This document shows positions 27,997 to 38,790 of a DNA stretch of 64,000 bases, piece after piece. Positions within the stretch are counted from its first letter, which is position 1. Every line of letters begins with the position of its first letter. Location of the stretch: NCBI GenBank assembly GCA_963813025.1, contig CAWEXO010000013.1:224001-288000 (forward strand). The letters run 5' to 3'. The notes under the pieces were generated by a model. It searched no databases. It had not been told where the DNA came from and saw only the letters and a program-made list of their open reading frames with translations. Position numbers and translations under genes: made by a program. The stretch is from an uncultured Verrucomicrobiae bacterium (lineage in GTDB: Bacteria; Verrucomicrobiota; Verrucomicrobiia; Chthoniobacterales; JAFAMB01).

Positions 27997-28389
27997 ATGA
28001 ATGCCGGCGGCGCTGTCTCCGGCTTGGGCAGTCGTGGCGGCAGCAGGACGGCGAGATTGAACGCTAGGTCGCCGCTATCACTTCGCGAGCAGTACGGGCC
28101 GAAGTTGACTGCGTGGATCGAGGGTCATTTCCCGCCAATTGTGCGGTTCTGGACCGATGACGACAGCTGCTGGGGCGTACCGTTCCACCAAGTGATCGCG
28201 ATGAATTACAACCCCCGATCCCAAACGCTTCTGATCCATTCCAGCCTGGGTTCGATCCTCGTCAGGGGGCCGAAAGTCGAGGCGTTCTTTGAGTCCTTTT
28301 GCGAGCACAAGGTTGCATTGGTCAAAGCGGACGGAAAAGACATCATGCGGGTTACTCTGGCGCTGCGTGAGGATGGGGGCGAGGATTGA
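27997..28389 (+). CDS. Hypothetical protein (mobile-element associated)
   Basis: Protein-like composition in the 3' two thirds; start uncertain. Confidence 0.4.
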   Translation: MNAGGAVSGLGSRGGSRTARLNARSPLSLREQYGPKLTAWIEGHFPPIVRFWTDDDSCWGVPFHQVIAMNYNPRSQTLLIHSSLGSILVRGPKVEAFFESFCEHKVALVKADGKDIMRVTLALREDGGED

Positions 28390-29268
28390 TCGAGGTTCTG
28401 AATTCCTCGTGAGAACTTGAAATGGAATGCCCGAAGGACGGGGAACCTTTCTCACAAAAGGCCACCTTCCTTGAAGCTGAAATATCCTGGCCGGCCGCCG
28501 AAGCCTCGGCCGATAATCACGTGATCAAGCATGTTGATTTGCAAAATCCGGGATTCTTCGCGCAGCTTGCGAGTCAGCCGGACATCGGATTCGCTTGGAG
28601 TTGAGTCCCCAGAGGGATGATTGTGTTATGTGGACTGAATGGTTATGTGATCTTACCTGGCTGTCAGCCGTGCTAGGTCAGCGGCGGCCTGGTCTGAATG
28701 CGTCAATTAATACACATAGTTTCTGCCCGTTTCTTTTGCTGACGGCAGCAATGCTAGGAGATCCTTGTTTCGTGGCTCTCCAAATGGCGGCAGTCGAGCC
28801 GACCCGCGTTTGCTGCGTGATCCCGTGGAGGCTCGCCCTTTTTTCTTCGCACTTCGCCGTGCGAGCAAGCTGCCGATATGCAAACGCACAAAAACCCGTG
28901 ACTTGAACGCCCAAGCGAGTCCGCACTCGAAGGCGTCTCAGACATCTCCGCGGAGTACCTCTAGGCTGGCTCGGGCTCAACCCTCTCCGTCAGGACACTC
29001 CGGATCCGGCGAAGACCAAGGCAGAACACGCGTTGTTGCAGACGGAGTGGAAAGCTAAACAGAGCGCACTTGCGCCCGACAAACAAACGATCGACTACGA
29101 GATCGCGAATCAGCATCAATTGAGATAGTTCCAAAATGGTCGGTTCCAGGTTAAGGAGCATCCGCTTGGCGCAGCAGAACGGGCCTAGCGAATATACATA
29201 AGAATGCGTATTGACGCTCGAGTGAGGGGGCCCAATAGCTCTCCGATGCATATGAAAGTTTGCTAACC

Positions 29269-30237
29269 ATGGCGAGGAAAGACATGCTGGTCTGCGGCAC
29301 CCTAAACTTCGAGACGACGTTTCCGATCTCGGCGTTTCCACTGGAGTACGAGCCTGTTGTCTACCGATCGTTTGAGCTGACGAGCCATCCGTCCGGTATT
29401 GGCTTCAACGTTGCGCGAGCGCTGACCATGTTAGGCAATCGCGTGCGATTGGTGTCCATGGTCGGACCCGATTTTCTTGGAACCGCGTTAAAGCAATCTA
29501 TGCCCAGGTTCGGCCTGTCGGACGAGTTTATCGTCCCAATCCTTGATGAGACACCGCAGTCGGTCGTGGTCTTCGACAAAGCCGGGAGACGTATGATCAC
29601 GACCGACTTGAAAGAAATCGGCAGAAAGCTTTATCCGCACGATCTCTTTAAGGAAGCGCTTCGAGGATGCCGTGCCGCGGTGATGACTAACGCCAACTTT
29701 TCGCGTCCGCTGTTACCGGTAGCCAAGGCATCATCGTTAACGATCGCGACGGACCTGCAAACCGCTTCGGAAAACAGCCGCGAATACGATGCCGATTTCC
29801 TTGACGCAGCCGACGTGATATTCGCGAGCCATGAGAAGCTACAAGTCAAGCCCGAGGATTTCCTCTCGACTCTTTGGGAGCGTTCCCGTGCTCGCGTCGC
29901 GGTGGTCGGTATGGGTGAGGCGGGGGCGCTTTTCGCCATCCGCAGCGGCGAGGCGAGCCATGTTCCAGCCATGCTCATCCGACCGGTTGTAAACACATCG
30001 GGTGCCGGAGACGCGCTGTTCTCGTGTTTTCTTCACTTCTACCTGGACGGTAACGAACCCAATTTAGCCTTGCGAAAGGCGAGCGTGTTCGCAGCTCACA
30101 AGATAGGGGACAATATCGTGGCGAACTCCACATTGAATATGGGGAGGCGTCAGCACCAGCACAAGGCGTGGTTCGCCATCGCCGAAGTAATCTCTTTACG
30201 CGATTCTACTTTGAAACCGAGTGACGTATACAGTTGA
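29269..30237 (+). CDS. PfkB-family sugar kinase, C-terminus probably truncated or replaced after about 30110
   Basis: SGIGFNVA, VVNTSGAGDALF, AAHKIG; tail overlaps an antisense GNAT remnant. Confidence 0.75.
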   Translation: MARKDMLVCGTLNFETTFPISAFPLEYEPVVYRSFELTSHPSGIGFNVARALTMLGNRVRLVSMVGPDFLGTALKQSMPRFGLSDEFIVPILDETPQSVVVFDKAGRRMITTDLKEIGRKLYPHDLFKEALRGCRAAVMTNANFSRPLLPVAKASSLTIATDLQTASENSREYDADFLDAADVIFASHEKLQVKPEDFLSTLWERSRARVAVVGMGEAGALFAIRSGEASHVPAMLIRPVVNTSGAGDALFSCFLHFYLDGNEPNLALRKASVFAAHKIGDNIVANSTLNMGRRQHQHKAWFAIAEVISLRDSTLKPSDVYS

Positions 30238-30470
30238 AGGGCATGGTTATTCTCTGGATGCGTGACGAGATCCACGCGAGGGGCTTCTTTGCATTTCTCA
30301 AGAATGAATAACAAGATTGAACGGGCTACTCCTTGACCCCGATAGGCCGGGTCGACAGCTACATTGCTGATATAAACGCTCCTGTCTACTTTTAACCGGT
30401 AGGCTGCGGTGCCTACCACAATATCGCCCGTCTTTATAAAACAGAATGTGTTTTTCTTGATTTCCTCAAG
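30150..30470 (-). pseudogene. GNAT (RimI-like) acetyltransferase remnant
   Basis: YISNVAVDPAYRGQGVA, N-A-LY-LGF; frameshift before YFGDGEPRLV; N-terminus lost at the IS110 fragment. Confidence 0.7.
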
Positions 30471-30489
30471 CGCACCTGGGACGCCAAGC

Positions 30490-30910
30490 ATGGGACATCG
30501 GTTCGAGTCCCCACAGGCTCTGCAATGCTACGGGGGGACTGCTCCGGTCAGCTATCAATCCGGTCCCGTCCATCACGTCAGACTTCGCACCCAGTGCAAC
30601 TTAGTCCTGCGATCTACCATTCACCTCTGGGCTGACCGAAGCCGACACGCCTGCCCTTGGGCCGACACCTATTACCAGAGCCTTCGAAAAAGGGGCAAAA
30701 CTCACCCCTGCGCCTTACGGTGCCTAGGCCAGCGCTGGCTCAAAATCCTCTGGAAGATGTGGCAAACCCGGACCCGCTATGACGCGGAGCTGCATCAGAA
30801 ACATCAGATCCAACACGGCTCCTGGGTGCTCAAACTGCACAACGCCTAACCTTCTATTTCCCATGTCAATAACTTCACGCACCAATCAACTTGTAAACCA
30901 GAGAACATCT
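30490..30910 (+). mobile_element. Second IS110-family element, 3' fragment with probable right end
   Basis: RFES-ALQCYGGTAPV-QSG...CN-LR...WA-YY...ALRCL-RW; ends cttgtaaaccagagaacatCT, resembling cttgacatccaagaccgtatCT of the intact element. Confidence 0.75.
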
Positions 30911-31132
30911 TTCTTTTGGCGCCTCGAGTGAGTATGCCGCTCTTTTTTCTTCACTGAAAGGATGCGCCTTTTTTTATCCCGTCATCCACAACTTTCGGTC
31001 ATAGCTCGCTATTTTCACCCTCCGTTTTCTCGGTTAGCTCCTGTTAAAAGAACTCTTCGTGGCTTTGCGATCTTCTGTGAGGATTCAAAATTCCGCTTGG
31101 CGTCTTTGCGTCTTGGCGTGAGATTCTGGCTT

Positions 31133-32170
31133 ATGCAAGAAGCACTCGTCCTGGAGCGTAAAGGTGAGCTCGCTCTGAGAAAGATCGAGTTGCCCGAACA
31201 GCTTGGTCCGCATGATGTAAAAGTCGCTATTCAGACCGTCGGAATCTGCGCCAGCGACGTTCATTATTATGAGTACGGCAAAATCGGCCCGTTTGTGGTC
31301 AAAGCGCCAATGGTGCTGGGACACGAAGCTGCCGGCGTGGTCGTGAAAGTCGGAGAACAGGTAAAAAATCTCAAGAAAGGCGATCGCGTCTGCATGGAAC
31401 CGGGTATTCCAGATCCGAACAGTCGCGCCGCGCGCCTCGGTATTTACAATCTCGATCCGGCCGTACGTTTTTGGGCGACACCACCCGTTCACGGCTGTTT
31501 AACCGGCACCGTGATTCATCCCGCCGCGTATACGTTCAAGCTGCCCGATAATGTTTCATTTGCCGAGGGCGCAATGGTCGAACCGCTTGCGGTCGGCATG
31601 CACGCCGCAGTGAAAGCGAAAATCAAGCCGGGCGATCTCGCGGTGGTGATGGGAGCCGGTCCGATTGGTATGGTGACAGCGCTGGCAGCCTTAGCCGCTG
31701 GCTGCAGCCAGGTAATGATCACCGATGTGCAGGAACCTAAACTGGAATTGGCGAAATCGCTGGGAGCCATCGTTCCAATCAATGTCGCCAAACAGAATCT
31801 TCGCCAGGTGATTGACGAAATGACTGATGGATGGGGCGCAGATGTCGTGTTTGAGGCTTCCGGACATCCCTCAGCCGTTGGGAAGGTTCATGAGCCGTTA
31901 TGTCCGGGCGGACGCATCATTTTCATCGGTATGCCGGTCGAACCCGTGCCAATCGATCTGGTTGGATTACAAGCGAAGGAAGCCTCGATCGAGACCACCT
32001 TCCGTTACGCGCATGTTTATCCGCGCGCGTTGGCGCTGATGGGCTCTGGAAAGATCAACGTGAAGCCGCTGATCAGCCGGACGTTTGATTTCCAGGATAG
32101 CGTGAATGCATTCAATTTCGCGTTGAAGATGCCCGCGGACTGCGTCAAAGCGCAGATTCAGGTCGCGTAG
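31133..32170 (+). CDS. NAD-dependent polyol dehydrogenase (xylitol/sorbitol dehydrogenase, MDR family)
   Basis: [39 protein letters not shown]. Confidence 0.9.
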   Translation: MQEALVLERKGELALRKIELPEQLGPHDVKVAIQTVGICASDVHYYEYGKIGPFVVKAPMVLGHEAAGVVVKVGEQVKNLKKGDRVCMEPGIPDPNSRAARLGIYNLDPAVRFWATPPVHGCLTGTVIHPAAYTFKLPDNVSFAEGAMVEPLAVGMHAAVKAKIKPGDLAVVMGAGPIGMVTALAALAAGCSQVMITDVQEPKLELAKSLGAIVPINVAKQNLRQVIDEMTDGWGADVVFEASGHPSAVGKVHEPLCPGGRIIFIGMPVEPVPIDLVGLQAKEASIETTFRYAHVYPRALALMGSGKINVKPLISRTFDFQDSVNAFNFALKMPADCVKAQIQVA

Positions 32171-32489
32171 GCGGGCGTCATCTCACACAAAGAGCTCGCA
32201 GAGACCGCAAACGGGGAGAGAAACCTCACGCCAAGGCTTCGTCAACCAAGGACGAAAAGGGGTGAGAGGTGATTAGTGATTAGTGGAGCGGAGGCAGTAC
32301 GGAACAGTCCACCCTAATCCCTCTCGATCCGGAGACCTTCATTCAGTCTGCTTGGTCGCAAAGTCTCCTTCGAATCGATCAATTAAGGGACGATTCGAGT
32401 CAGCCAGACTGCGGTCACCTCCCAGTGCTTGCTTTGATTAAAAATTCTTGTTCGCCGTACGGCGGCCCTTGTCTTAGCGCTGCACATAA

Positions 32490-33200
32490 CTATAGCATCG
32501 ACAACCATGATAGGATGTCGTTGTTGCGCTGCCAGGATGGGCCGCGCCGACGACTTTTTGGCAGCAGATTCTCGCAAGACTTAAGGGTTTTGCGTTTCAT
32601 TTCCAAATCGATTTCAACATAGGCGTTGGTTGTTTCGATTGAAGCATGACCCAACCACGAGCGTATCATATTGAGATCGACGTTGGACTGTAACAGGTGT
32701 ATCGCCGTGGTGTGGCGAATCGTATGCGGAGTCACCCTCCTAGTGAGCAATGTGGGAGAAGTCTTGGCGGCCTCGGCTACCCGGTGTGCGATGATGTAGC
32801 GCAGCCCGAAGCGGGAGAGCCGATTGCCTTCGACATTGAGAAAGAGCGGGACAGCATCAGTGAATCGTACCGAGCGTCTCTCCAGATAGTTTCTTATAGC
32901 ATGGATCGTCTCTTTCCATAGCGGGCAGATTCGCTCTTTCCGTCCTTTGCCGTAGATGCGCACGGAAAAAGGATGGCTCAACCGCGGGTGATTGACGTCC
33001 AGATCCACCAACTCCTGGGCTCATACCCGTATTATAAAGCATCCGTAGCAATGCGTCGTCTCGCTGGCCCAGCAACGTTTGACAATTGATTTGAACAAAG
33101 ATGCTCTGGATTTCCGAGCGTTCCAAGTACTCCGGAATACGGTGAGCGCGACGTTTGAACTGAACCACAAGGAGCCAGCATTTTACCGGCTTTTGCCCGA
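32490..33200 (-). pseudogene. Tyrosine recombinase remnant (RitC-like), frameshifted and 5'-truncated
   Basis: RDDALL-LYNTG then frameshift near 33020; GKGRKER-CPLW, HTIRHT, WLGHASIETT-Y-EIDLEMKR. Confidence 0.8.
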
Positions 33201-33312
33201 GATTCTTCTTCGGCGTAAAGTCGCAGGGTTCTTGGACCAAGGTCCACTAGCTTTCCTGATCGCCCCAATCAGATCGTTTCGTGTGAAATTTAGCCAAACT
33301 AAAGAATATTCT

Positions 33313-34287
33313 ATGGACAATAAAATGAACAAATCTGCGGTCGACCCGGCGATAGAAACCGACACTTTAGCTTTAACCAAGCTAGTCCTGAACCACGGAT
33401 CCGGCACGATTCCCGCGCTCGGTTTTGGAACCCTAATTCCCGATGCAGCCGCGACGATAAGTGCTACCAGAGACGCGCTGGAAGCCGGATTTCGACACTT
33501 CGATTGTGCGGAACGATACCGGAACGAGCGCGGGGTAGGCGAGGCGTTGCAGACAGGACTTGCCGCTGGAGGGATCGCGCGCGAAGACATCTTTGTTACC
33601 ACAAAGTTGTGGAACTCCAATCACCGGCCCGAGCGCGTCGAACCGGCTTTCGAGGCGAGTCTGGACAGACTCCGGCTCAACTATCTGGATCTCTACCTCA
33701 TTCACACTCCGTTTGCATTTGAACCCGGGGACGAGCAGGATCCGCGGGATCAAAACGGCAATGTCCTTTACGACCAGGGCGTGACTTTGCTCGACACCTG
33801 GAGGGCGATGGAAAGTCTCGTGGACCATGGCAGGTGTCGGGCCATCGGACTGTCGGACATCAGCTTGAACGAGTTGTTGCTTATCTATGAATCTGCGAGA
33901 ATCAAGCCAGCCGTGGTCCAAGTCGAAGCACATCCGTATCTGCCGGAAACGGAGCTTCTGGAATTCTGCAAGGAGAAGGGCGTCGTGTTTTTGGCTTTTG
34001 CGGCATTGGGTCACGGAATGAGGCCGGGGCCGCTCGAAGATCCAGTCATTTCGGCAATCGCCGCGCGAGTTGGAAAGACGCCAGCGCAGGCGCTGCTGGC
34101 TTGGGCGGTGCAGCGCGGCACGGCTTTGCTTACCACGCCCAGGACTGCGGCTCGCGCGCGAGAGAATCTCAACATCTCCGCCCTTCCGGAAGACGCGCTT
34201 GACGAAATCAATCGAATTCAGACTAGGCAGAGGTTCAATGAAGTGGTAAAGACCGGCATCCCGGGTTTCATCCCACAAGGTAGCTGA
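33313..34287 (+). CDS. Aldo/keto reductase
   Basis: IPALGFGT, HFDCA-Y-NE, TTKLWN, YLDLYLIH-P, AIGLS. Confidence 0.9.
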   Translation: MDNKMNKSAVDPAIETDTLALTKLVLNHGSGTIPALGFGTLIPDAAATISATRDALEAGFRHFDCAERYRNERGVGEALQTGLAAGGIAREDIFVTTKLWNSNHRPERVEPAFEASLDRLRLNYLDLYLIHTPFAFEPGDEQDPRDQNGNVLYDQGVTLLDTWRAMESLVDHGRCRAIGLSDISLNELLLIYESARIKPAVVQVEAHPYLPETELLEFCKEKGVVFLAFAALGHGMRPGPLEDPVISAIAARVGKTPAQALLAWAVQRGTALLTTPRTAARARENLNISALPEDALDEINRIQTRQRFNEVVKTGIPGFIPQGS

Positions 34288-34289
34288 AC

Positions 34290-34703
34290 ATGAAAGCCAA
34301 GCAGCACCTGGAGCAGTCCATGCAAGAGGAACAAATACGTGAAGCCCTGAATACGCACTGGCACGCGTCGGCAGCCGGCGATGCAAACGCGGAACACGAT
34401 ATTTACGATGACGATGCCATTTGTGATTATCCCCAGTCAGGCGAGCGAATCCTCGGGCGAAGCAACTTGCAGGCCTTGCGAAGTCATCATCCCGGCAAGC
34501 CGTCGGGCTTCAACGTCAAGCGAATTCTCGGAAACGGTGATCTCTGGATCACGGAATACACAATCACGTACCAGGGGCGACCAGCATACACAGTGAGTAT
34601 TATGGAGTTCCGCAACGGAAAGGTCGTGCACGAGACACAGTATTTCGCGGATCCCTTCGAGGCGCCGGCCTGGCGGAGCCAATGGGTTCAGCAGATCGCG
34701 TGA
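34290..34703 (+). CDS. NTF2/SnoaL-like protein
   Basis: IY-DDA-YPQSGERI-G, EF-GKV-ET-YF-PF. Confidence 0.8.
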   Translation: MKAKQHLEQSMQEEQIREALNTHWHASAAGDANAEHDIYDDDAICDYPQSGERILGRSNLQALRSHHPGKPSGFNVKRILGNGDLWITEYTITYQGRPAYTVSIMEFRNGKVVHETQYFADPFEAPAWRSQWVQQIA

Positions 34704-35304
34704 CGCCGCACTGAGGCGAGATTGAACCCCGACCGGCGGCTGAGCTGTTCATTCCTACTTTGATGATGGCCCGTCGGAAGTTATGGCGGCGACGCGCGAG
34801 ATCCTTAGGCAGGGTGGAAGCTTCATCAAGATGATCGCTGGATCCATTTGAAGATTTGAAGCACCGGCTAGCGCACCCAGTGGGTCGAGACCGCATTGAC
34901 ACTGGGTGCCAGCGCCGTCCAGATGAAGATCGAACCGCGCATAGGTTTCCGGTCGCATCTCACTCGTGCCGGCCTGGAGTGTACGCCTTTCAAGAGTCTC
35001 GCGATCCATACTACGGCTTTCCATCAGCATCCTGGACCCGATATTTGATGTCGCAACGACGACGTAGTTGCTGAGATCCAGAGTTTCACCGCTAGCTGTA
35101 GCGGCTTGAAAACATAAACGGTCTGGCTTGATAACATCGATCGTTTCCGGCCCAAATTATTTTGAAAATAAGCAAGTCCTCAGGCCAAGGTAAAATGAGA
35201 ATACTGTCGCATTGGAGTGGTGTCTTAAAGCGGGCGGCAACCGACTCTAAAATTCTCCGTTTTATTCTCGCTTCGTGTGGTCACCCCTCTTGCGGAGAAC
35301 ATCC

Positions 35305-36720
35305 TCACTTGGGCAGAGTATCTTTGTAGATGGTGCCATCTTTCATAATCACAACAAAGTTTTTGCCGGGATCTTCGACGAGCTTGATATTTTCCAAGGG
35401 ATTGCCATCGACCACCAGCAGATCTGCGAGTGCGCCCTCTTCCACGACGCCAAGCTTGCCGGGATAGGGGTTGATAAACCCGGAGAGGGCCATCAACTGA
35501 CCATTGTCTGCTGTGGCCATCTTGAGTGCCTCGGCAGGCGTGTACCAGCGGACCATCTTTGCAAGATAAGCTCCCTGTCGGTTAGCAGCATCTGGATCGA
35601 ACAGAATATCTGTACCAAAAGCCGTCTTTATATTGTACTTCTTCGCCAGCTTATAGGCGTTCTCCGTTCCGGCCCACACCTGTAGTGCCTTTTTCTGTGA
35701 CACTGGGCTCATTCGCGCAAATACGTCTGCATCATACGTCAAGGGCTGCAAACTCCACCAGATACCCTTATCGGCCAGCAACTTGGCGGTGGGTTCATCA
35801 ATAAGATGACCGTGTTCAATGCACTTGACCCCGGCGGCGACCGCTTGTTGGATCGCAGGCGGCGTATACGCGTGTACAGTCACATAGGTGCCCCAATTAT
35901 CGGCCGCCTCCACAGCAGCGCGAATCTCCGGTTCGGTGTATTGGACCGATTCAATCGGATTGTATTGTGAGCTGACCCCGCCACCTGCCATTAGCTTGAT
36001 CTGACTGGCGCCCTGTCTCAATTGCTCTCTGGCGCGCAGCCGCACCTCATCGGGGCTGTCGGCAATCGCTGCGACGCCTTCGATCTCGGAGTGGCTCAGC
36101 GGACCGCCCAGCCTTCGCGGAAGCTCGAAGAAGAAGCGAAAGTCTCCATGGCCTGAGGTTTGTGAGATGAAAGCGCCCGAGGGATAGATGCGCGGACCGA
36201 TCGTGACGCCTTCGTCAATGGCACGCTTTAGCCCGAAGACGGGACCGCCACAGTCGCGCACAGTGGTGAAACCTCTCATCAACGTCGCTTCAGCCTCTCG
36301 TGCAGCCAACAGATGGAGATAAGAGGGGGGCGAGGTTATCAGGAGCTGCAGGGGTATCGCAGCCATGAACGCATGCCAATGCGCGTCAATTAGGCCTGGC
36401 ATCAGCACCCGTCCGTTTGCCGCAATGACACGGACATTAGCATTCGTGTCGACGGTGATCGGGCTGGCAGATATGCGTTCAATGGTGTTGCCTTTGACCA
36501 GCACATTGGAGGGAGCCGAGAGTGTGGTGCTCTTACCGTCGAAGATGCGGACGTTCTCAAATAGCGTGGCCGCGCCACTAGCCAAAGGAGTGGGAAAAGG
36601 CTGTAAACCCGGCGGTTCTAAAATTGCATCCCCACCTTGCCCCAGGCTCGGTTGGCAAAGCCCGACAAAGAGTGCCGCCAACACCAGCCCAATTTGTGGC
36701 CAGCCACTTTTTGAGTTCAT
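35305..36720 (-). CDS. Amidohydrolase family protein (Xaa-Pro dipeptidase-like), signal peptide
   Basis: MPGLIDAHWH, GFTTVRD, IKLM, VHAY, IEHG, FGTD, GALADL. Confidence 0.9.
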   Translation of the reverse strand: MNSKSGWPQIGLVLAALFVGLCQPSLGQGGDAILEPPGLQPFPTPLASGAATLFENVRIFDGKSTTLSAPSNVLVKGNTIERISASPITVDTNANVRVIAANGRVLMPGLIDAHWHAFMAAIPLQLLITSPPSYLHLLAAREAEATLMRGFTTVRDCGGPVFGLKRAIDEGVTIGPRIYPSGAFISQTSGHGDFRFFFELPRRLGGPLSHSEIEGVAAIADSPDEVRLRAREQLRQGASQIKLMAGGGVSSQYNPIESVQYTEPEIRAAVEAADNWGTYVTVHAYTPPAIQQAVAAGVKCIEHGHLIDEPTAKLLADKGIWWSLQPLTYDADVFARMSPVSQKKALQVWAGTENAYKLAKKYNIKTAFGTDILFDPDAANRQGAYLAKMVRWYTPAEALKMATADNGQLMALSGFINPYPGKLGVVEEGALADLLVVDGNPLENIKLVEDPGKNFVVIMKDGTIYKDTLPK

Positions 36721-37945
36721 AGTATATGCTACTTTTTCTGCCGTCTAAACTGCGGAATTAAATCTAGAGATGGTAGCTATATAAGCAGGGAAAGAGGGAG
36801 AGTAGAAGGAAACACTGATGGCAAGTGTTAGGGTGGCTAGGGACTGAGCTCGGCGTCAGCGAAGTTGCTAAAGGACATTTGAGGTTCGTTCTTGCTGGCC
36901 AACTCCACCGCGACCAACCGACTGCCCCTTTGCTTCGCCCTTGGCCAAGCGACGCTTTTTGAGTTGGCGCTGCAAGGTGCTTAACGCCAAACCGTGCTTC
37001 CAGCGGGTCCAGTTGTCGACGATCTTCGCGGAAATCTTCCACAAACCGCTTTCGCTCATTACCGAAGAGATCGCTACGGTCACGCGCAGTAGTGCAGCCG
37101 AGACATTGGAGGTGCCCACCGATTCTGGCGGACGCTAGTGACACACCTCCATTGGTGACGAATGGGCACTGCTTTCCGTCGGGACTGGTGAACGTCCCAA
37201 TGAGAATAGTACCGGTCACCTTGATGAAATCAGCATGCAGCGCATAAGGCGTCTGTCGTTCTTGCGTCTCGCGGTCGAAAAGAGAGCTAAATTGACTGCC
37301 AAGACATTTGAAATTTCGGCGGGCTCGAGGTTTCGCCCTCGTTGACCGCCGTTTTGTTGGACGCGCGGCGCATCGAAGAAGCGCCCGCGGCCAAAGAGCC
37401 CGAGCAATTCTATCCCGAGCAATTCTATCAGGAATCGCAAGACGAGGCTCAACCCATCACGACCGGCAAGGTCGTGCAATGGGCTTGGGACGCCCAAGCC
37501 GACAGAAAAGGTGTCGGCTCGGGCGATTGCAACGCTTGGTTGAGCGGCGGGCCGATTGCTTGGGGGCGATCCGGGCGCGGGGCAAGCGGCGGATCGCGAG
37601 CAACGGGGCCGGCGTCGCGCTAAAGAGGCTGAGGCGCTCGAGTGATTTAGAGACTCAAAAAGGCCGCGGCCAGCTGCAGCCGAAGCCGAGCGACAGTAGA
37701 GCTGGTCCGACTTTCCCAGAATTATCGGGCCGGACCTTGGGGAGCTGCGGGTCGAGGCCAAGCGGTTGGGAGTCGAGCCGGGCGCGCTGGTCGAGGTTGC
37801 CATTGTCGACTGGTTGCGGGAAAAGAGGCGGCGCAAGCGAGCCTAAAACACACTCTCAAATATGCTCATACACATTCGAATTTATTGAGAGTAGGCGTTG
37901 AGAGCTGCGGTTATCGATTTTATAGGTGCTTCTCGCTCAAGGGTT

Positions 37946-38018
37946 TGGAGCCTAGGGGACTCGAACCCCTGACCTCCTCAATGCCATTGAGGCGCTCTAC
38001 CAACTGAGCTAAGACCCC
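37946..38018 (-). tRNA. tRNA-Ala(GGC)
   Basis: GGGGTCTTAGCTCAGTTGGTAGAGCG-CCTCA-ATGGCAT-TGAGG-AGGTCAGGGGTTCGAGTCCCCT-AGGCTCCA; G3:U70 Ala determinant; CCA tail not encoded. Confidence 0.96.
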
Positions 38019-38157
38019 GTGCGCCAGCGGATCGCAACACTAGCTCAACCGGCAACGTTGAAAAGGGGAATCTTTTCCGCTGCAGGGTTGCGCGACGGGG
38101 ACTCCGCTTGCAAGGTAAGACGCGGTCGACCAGTCTGCTTTCTGCAAATTCCCGCCC

Positions 38158-38751
38158 ATGTTTGAGCTACCAAGTCCTCTGCATCCGGCAGTCGTTCATT
38201 TCCCGATTGCGCTGACCTTTCTCGGGACAATTATTGCTTTCTTTGCCGTATTGACCCGTCGCGGAGCGGCCCCTCAGTTTACCGCGATAATCCTTCTCCT
38301 GGCCGCAGGGGCAGCGCAGTACGCGGTGTATACCGGCGGCGGCCAGGACGAACTTTTTAAGACCTTGCCTTCCTCGCTTCGCTCCTTGGTCCACGACCAT
38401 TCCGAATGGGGGGAACGCGCCCGAACCGTGCTGATTGGGGCCGCCGTTTTGGCGTTAGCGGCTTGGGCGACTTACCGGTTTTCCGCTCTCCGGCAGGTTC
38501 TGGCGTTGCTGACCTTTCTCGCGGCCTTGGCTGGGTCCTGGTGTGTTGGGGAGGCCGCGTTGCGCGGCGGACATTTGGTCTTCCAGCACCGGGTCGGGTC
38601 GGAAAGCGTGGCAACGCCGGAAAGCTCGGCAACTCCAGAAACCGCAGCCACCCCGGACAACGCAGCGACGCCAGATAACGCAGCAACGCCAGATAACGCA
38701 GCAACGCCGGATAACGCAGCAACCGCATTTCCGTCGATAAGTCCGCAGTAA
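38158..38751 (+). CDS. DUF2231-like membrane protein with C-terminal ATPDNA repeats
   Basis: LHPAVVHFPIAL, H-G, GG-LV-H-VG. Confidence 0.75.
   Translation: MFELPSPLHPAVVHFPIALTFLGTIIAFFAVLTRRGAAPQFTAIILLLAAGAAQYAVYTGGGQDELFKTLPSSLRSLVHDHSEWGERARTVLIGAAVLALAAWATYRFSALRQVLALLTFLAALAGSWCVGEAALRGGHLVFQHRVGSESVATPESSATPETAATPDNAATPDNAATPDNAATPDNAATAFPSISPQ
38611..38724 (+). repeat. 18-nt in-frame tandem repeat, about 6 units
   Basis: gcaacgccrgataacgca units encoding ATPDNA. Confidence 0.9.
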
Positions 38752-38790
38752 TTCTCAGCTATTTCCCACAAAACAATTGCTCACTTGCCT

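Noticed and set aside
28690..29220. Weak inverted similarity (gcgtcaat...gcccgtt) between about 28700 and 29200
   Set aside because: Too short and gapped to call element ends by eye
30499..30521. ggttcgagtccccacaggctc resembles the tRNA-Ala 3' end (possible att site)
   Set aside because: It encodes RFESPQA in the IS110 fragment, is in the opposite orientation to the tRNA and is imperfect; likely chance
36764..37901. Several overlapping ORFs upstream of the amidohydrolase
   Set aside because: No coherent family motifs; probably decayed island sequence
38611..38724. Regular repeats as a CRISPR candidate
   Set aside because: Contiguous 18-nt coding repeats with no unique spacers
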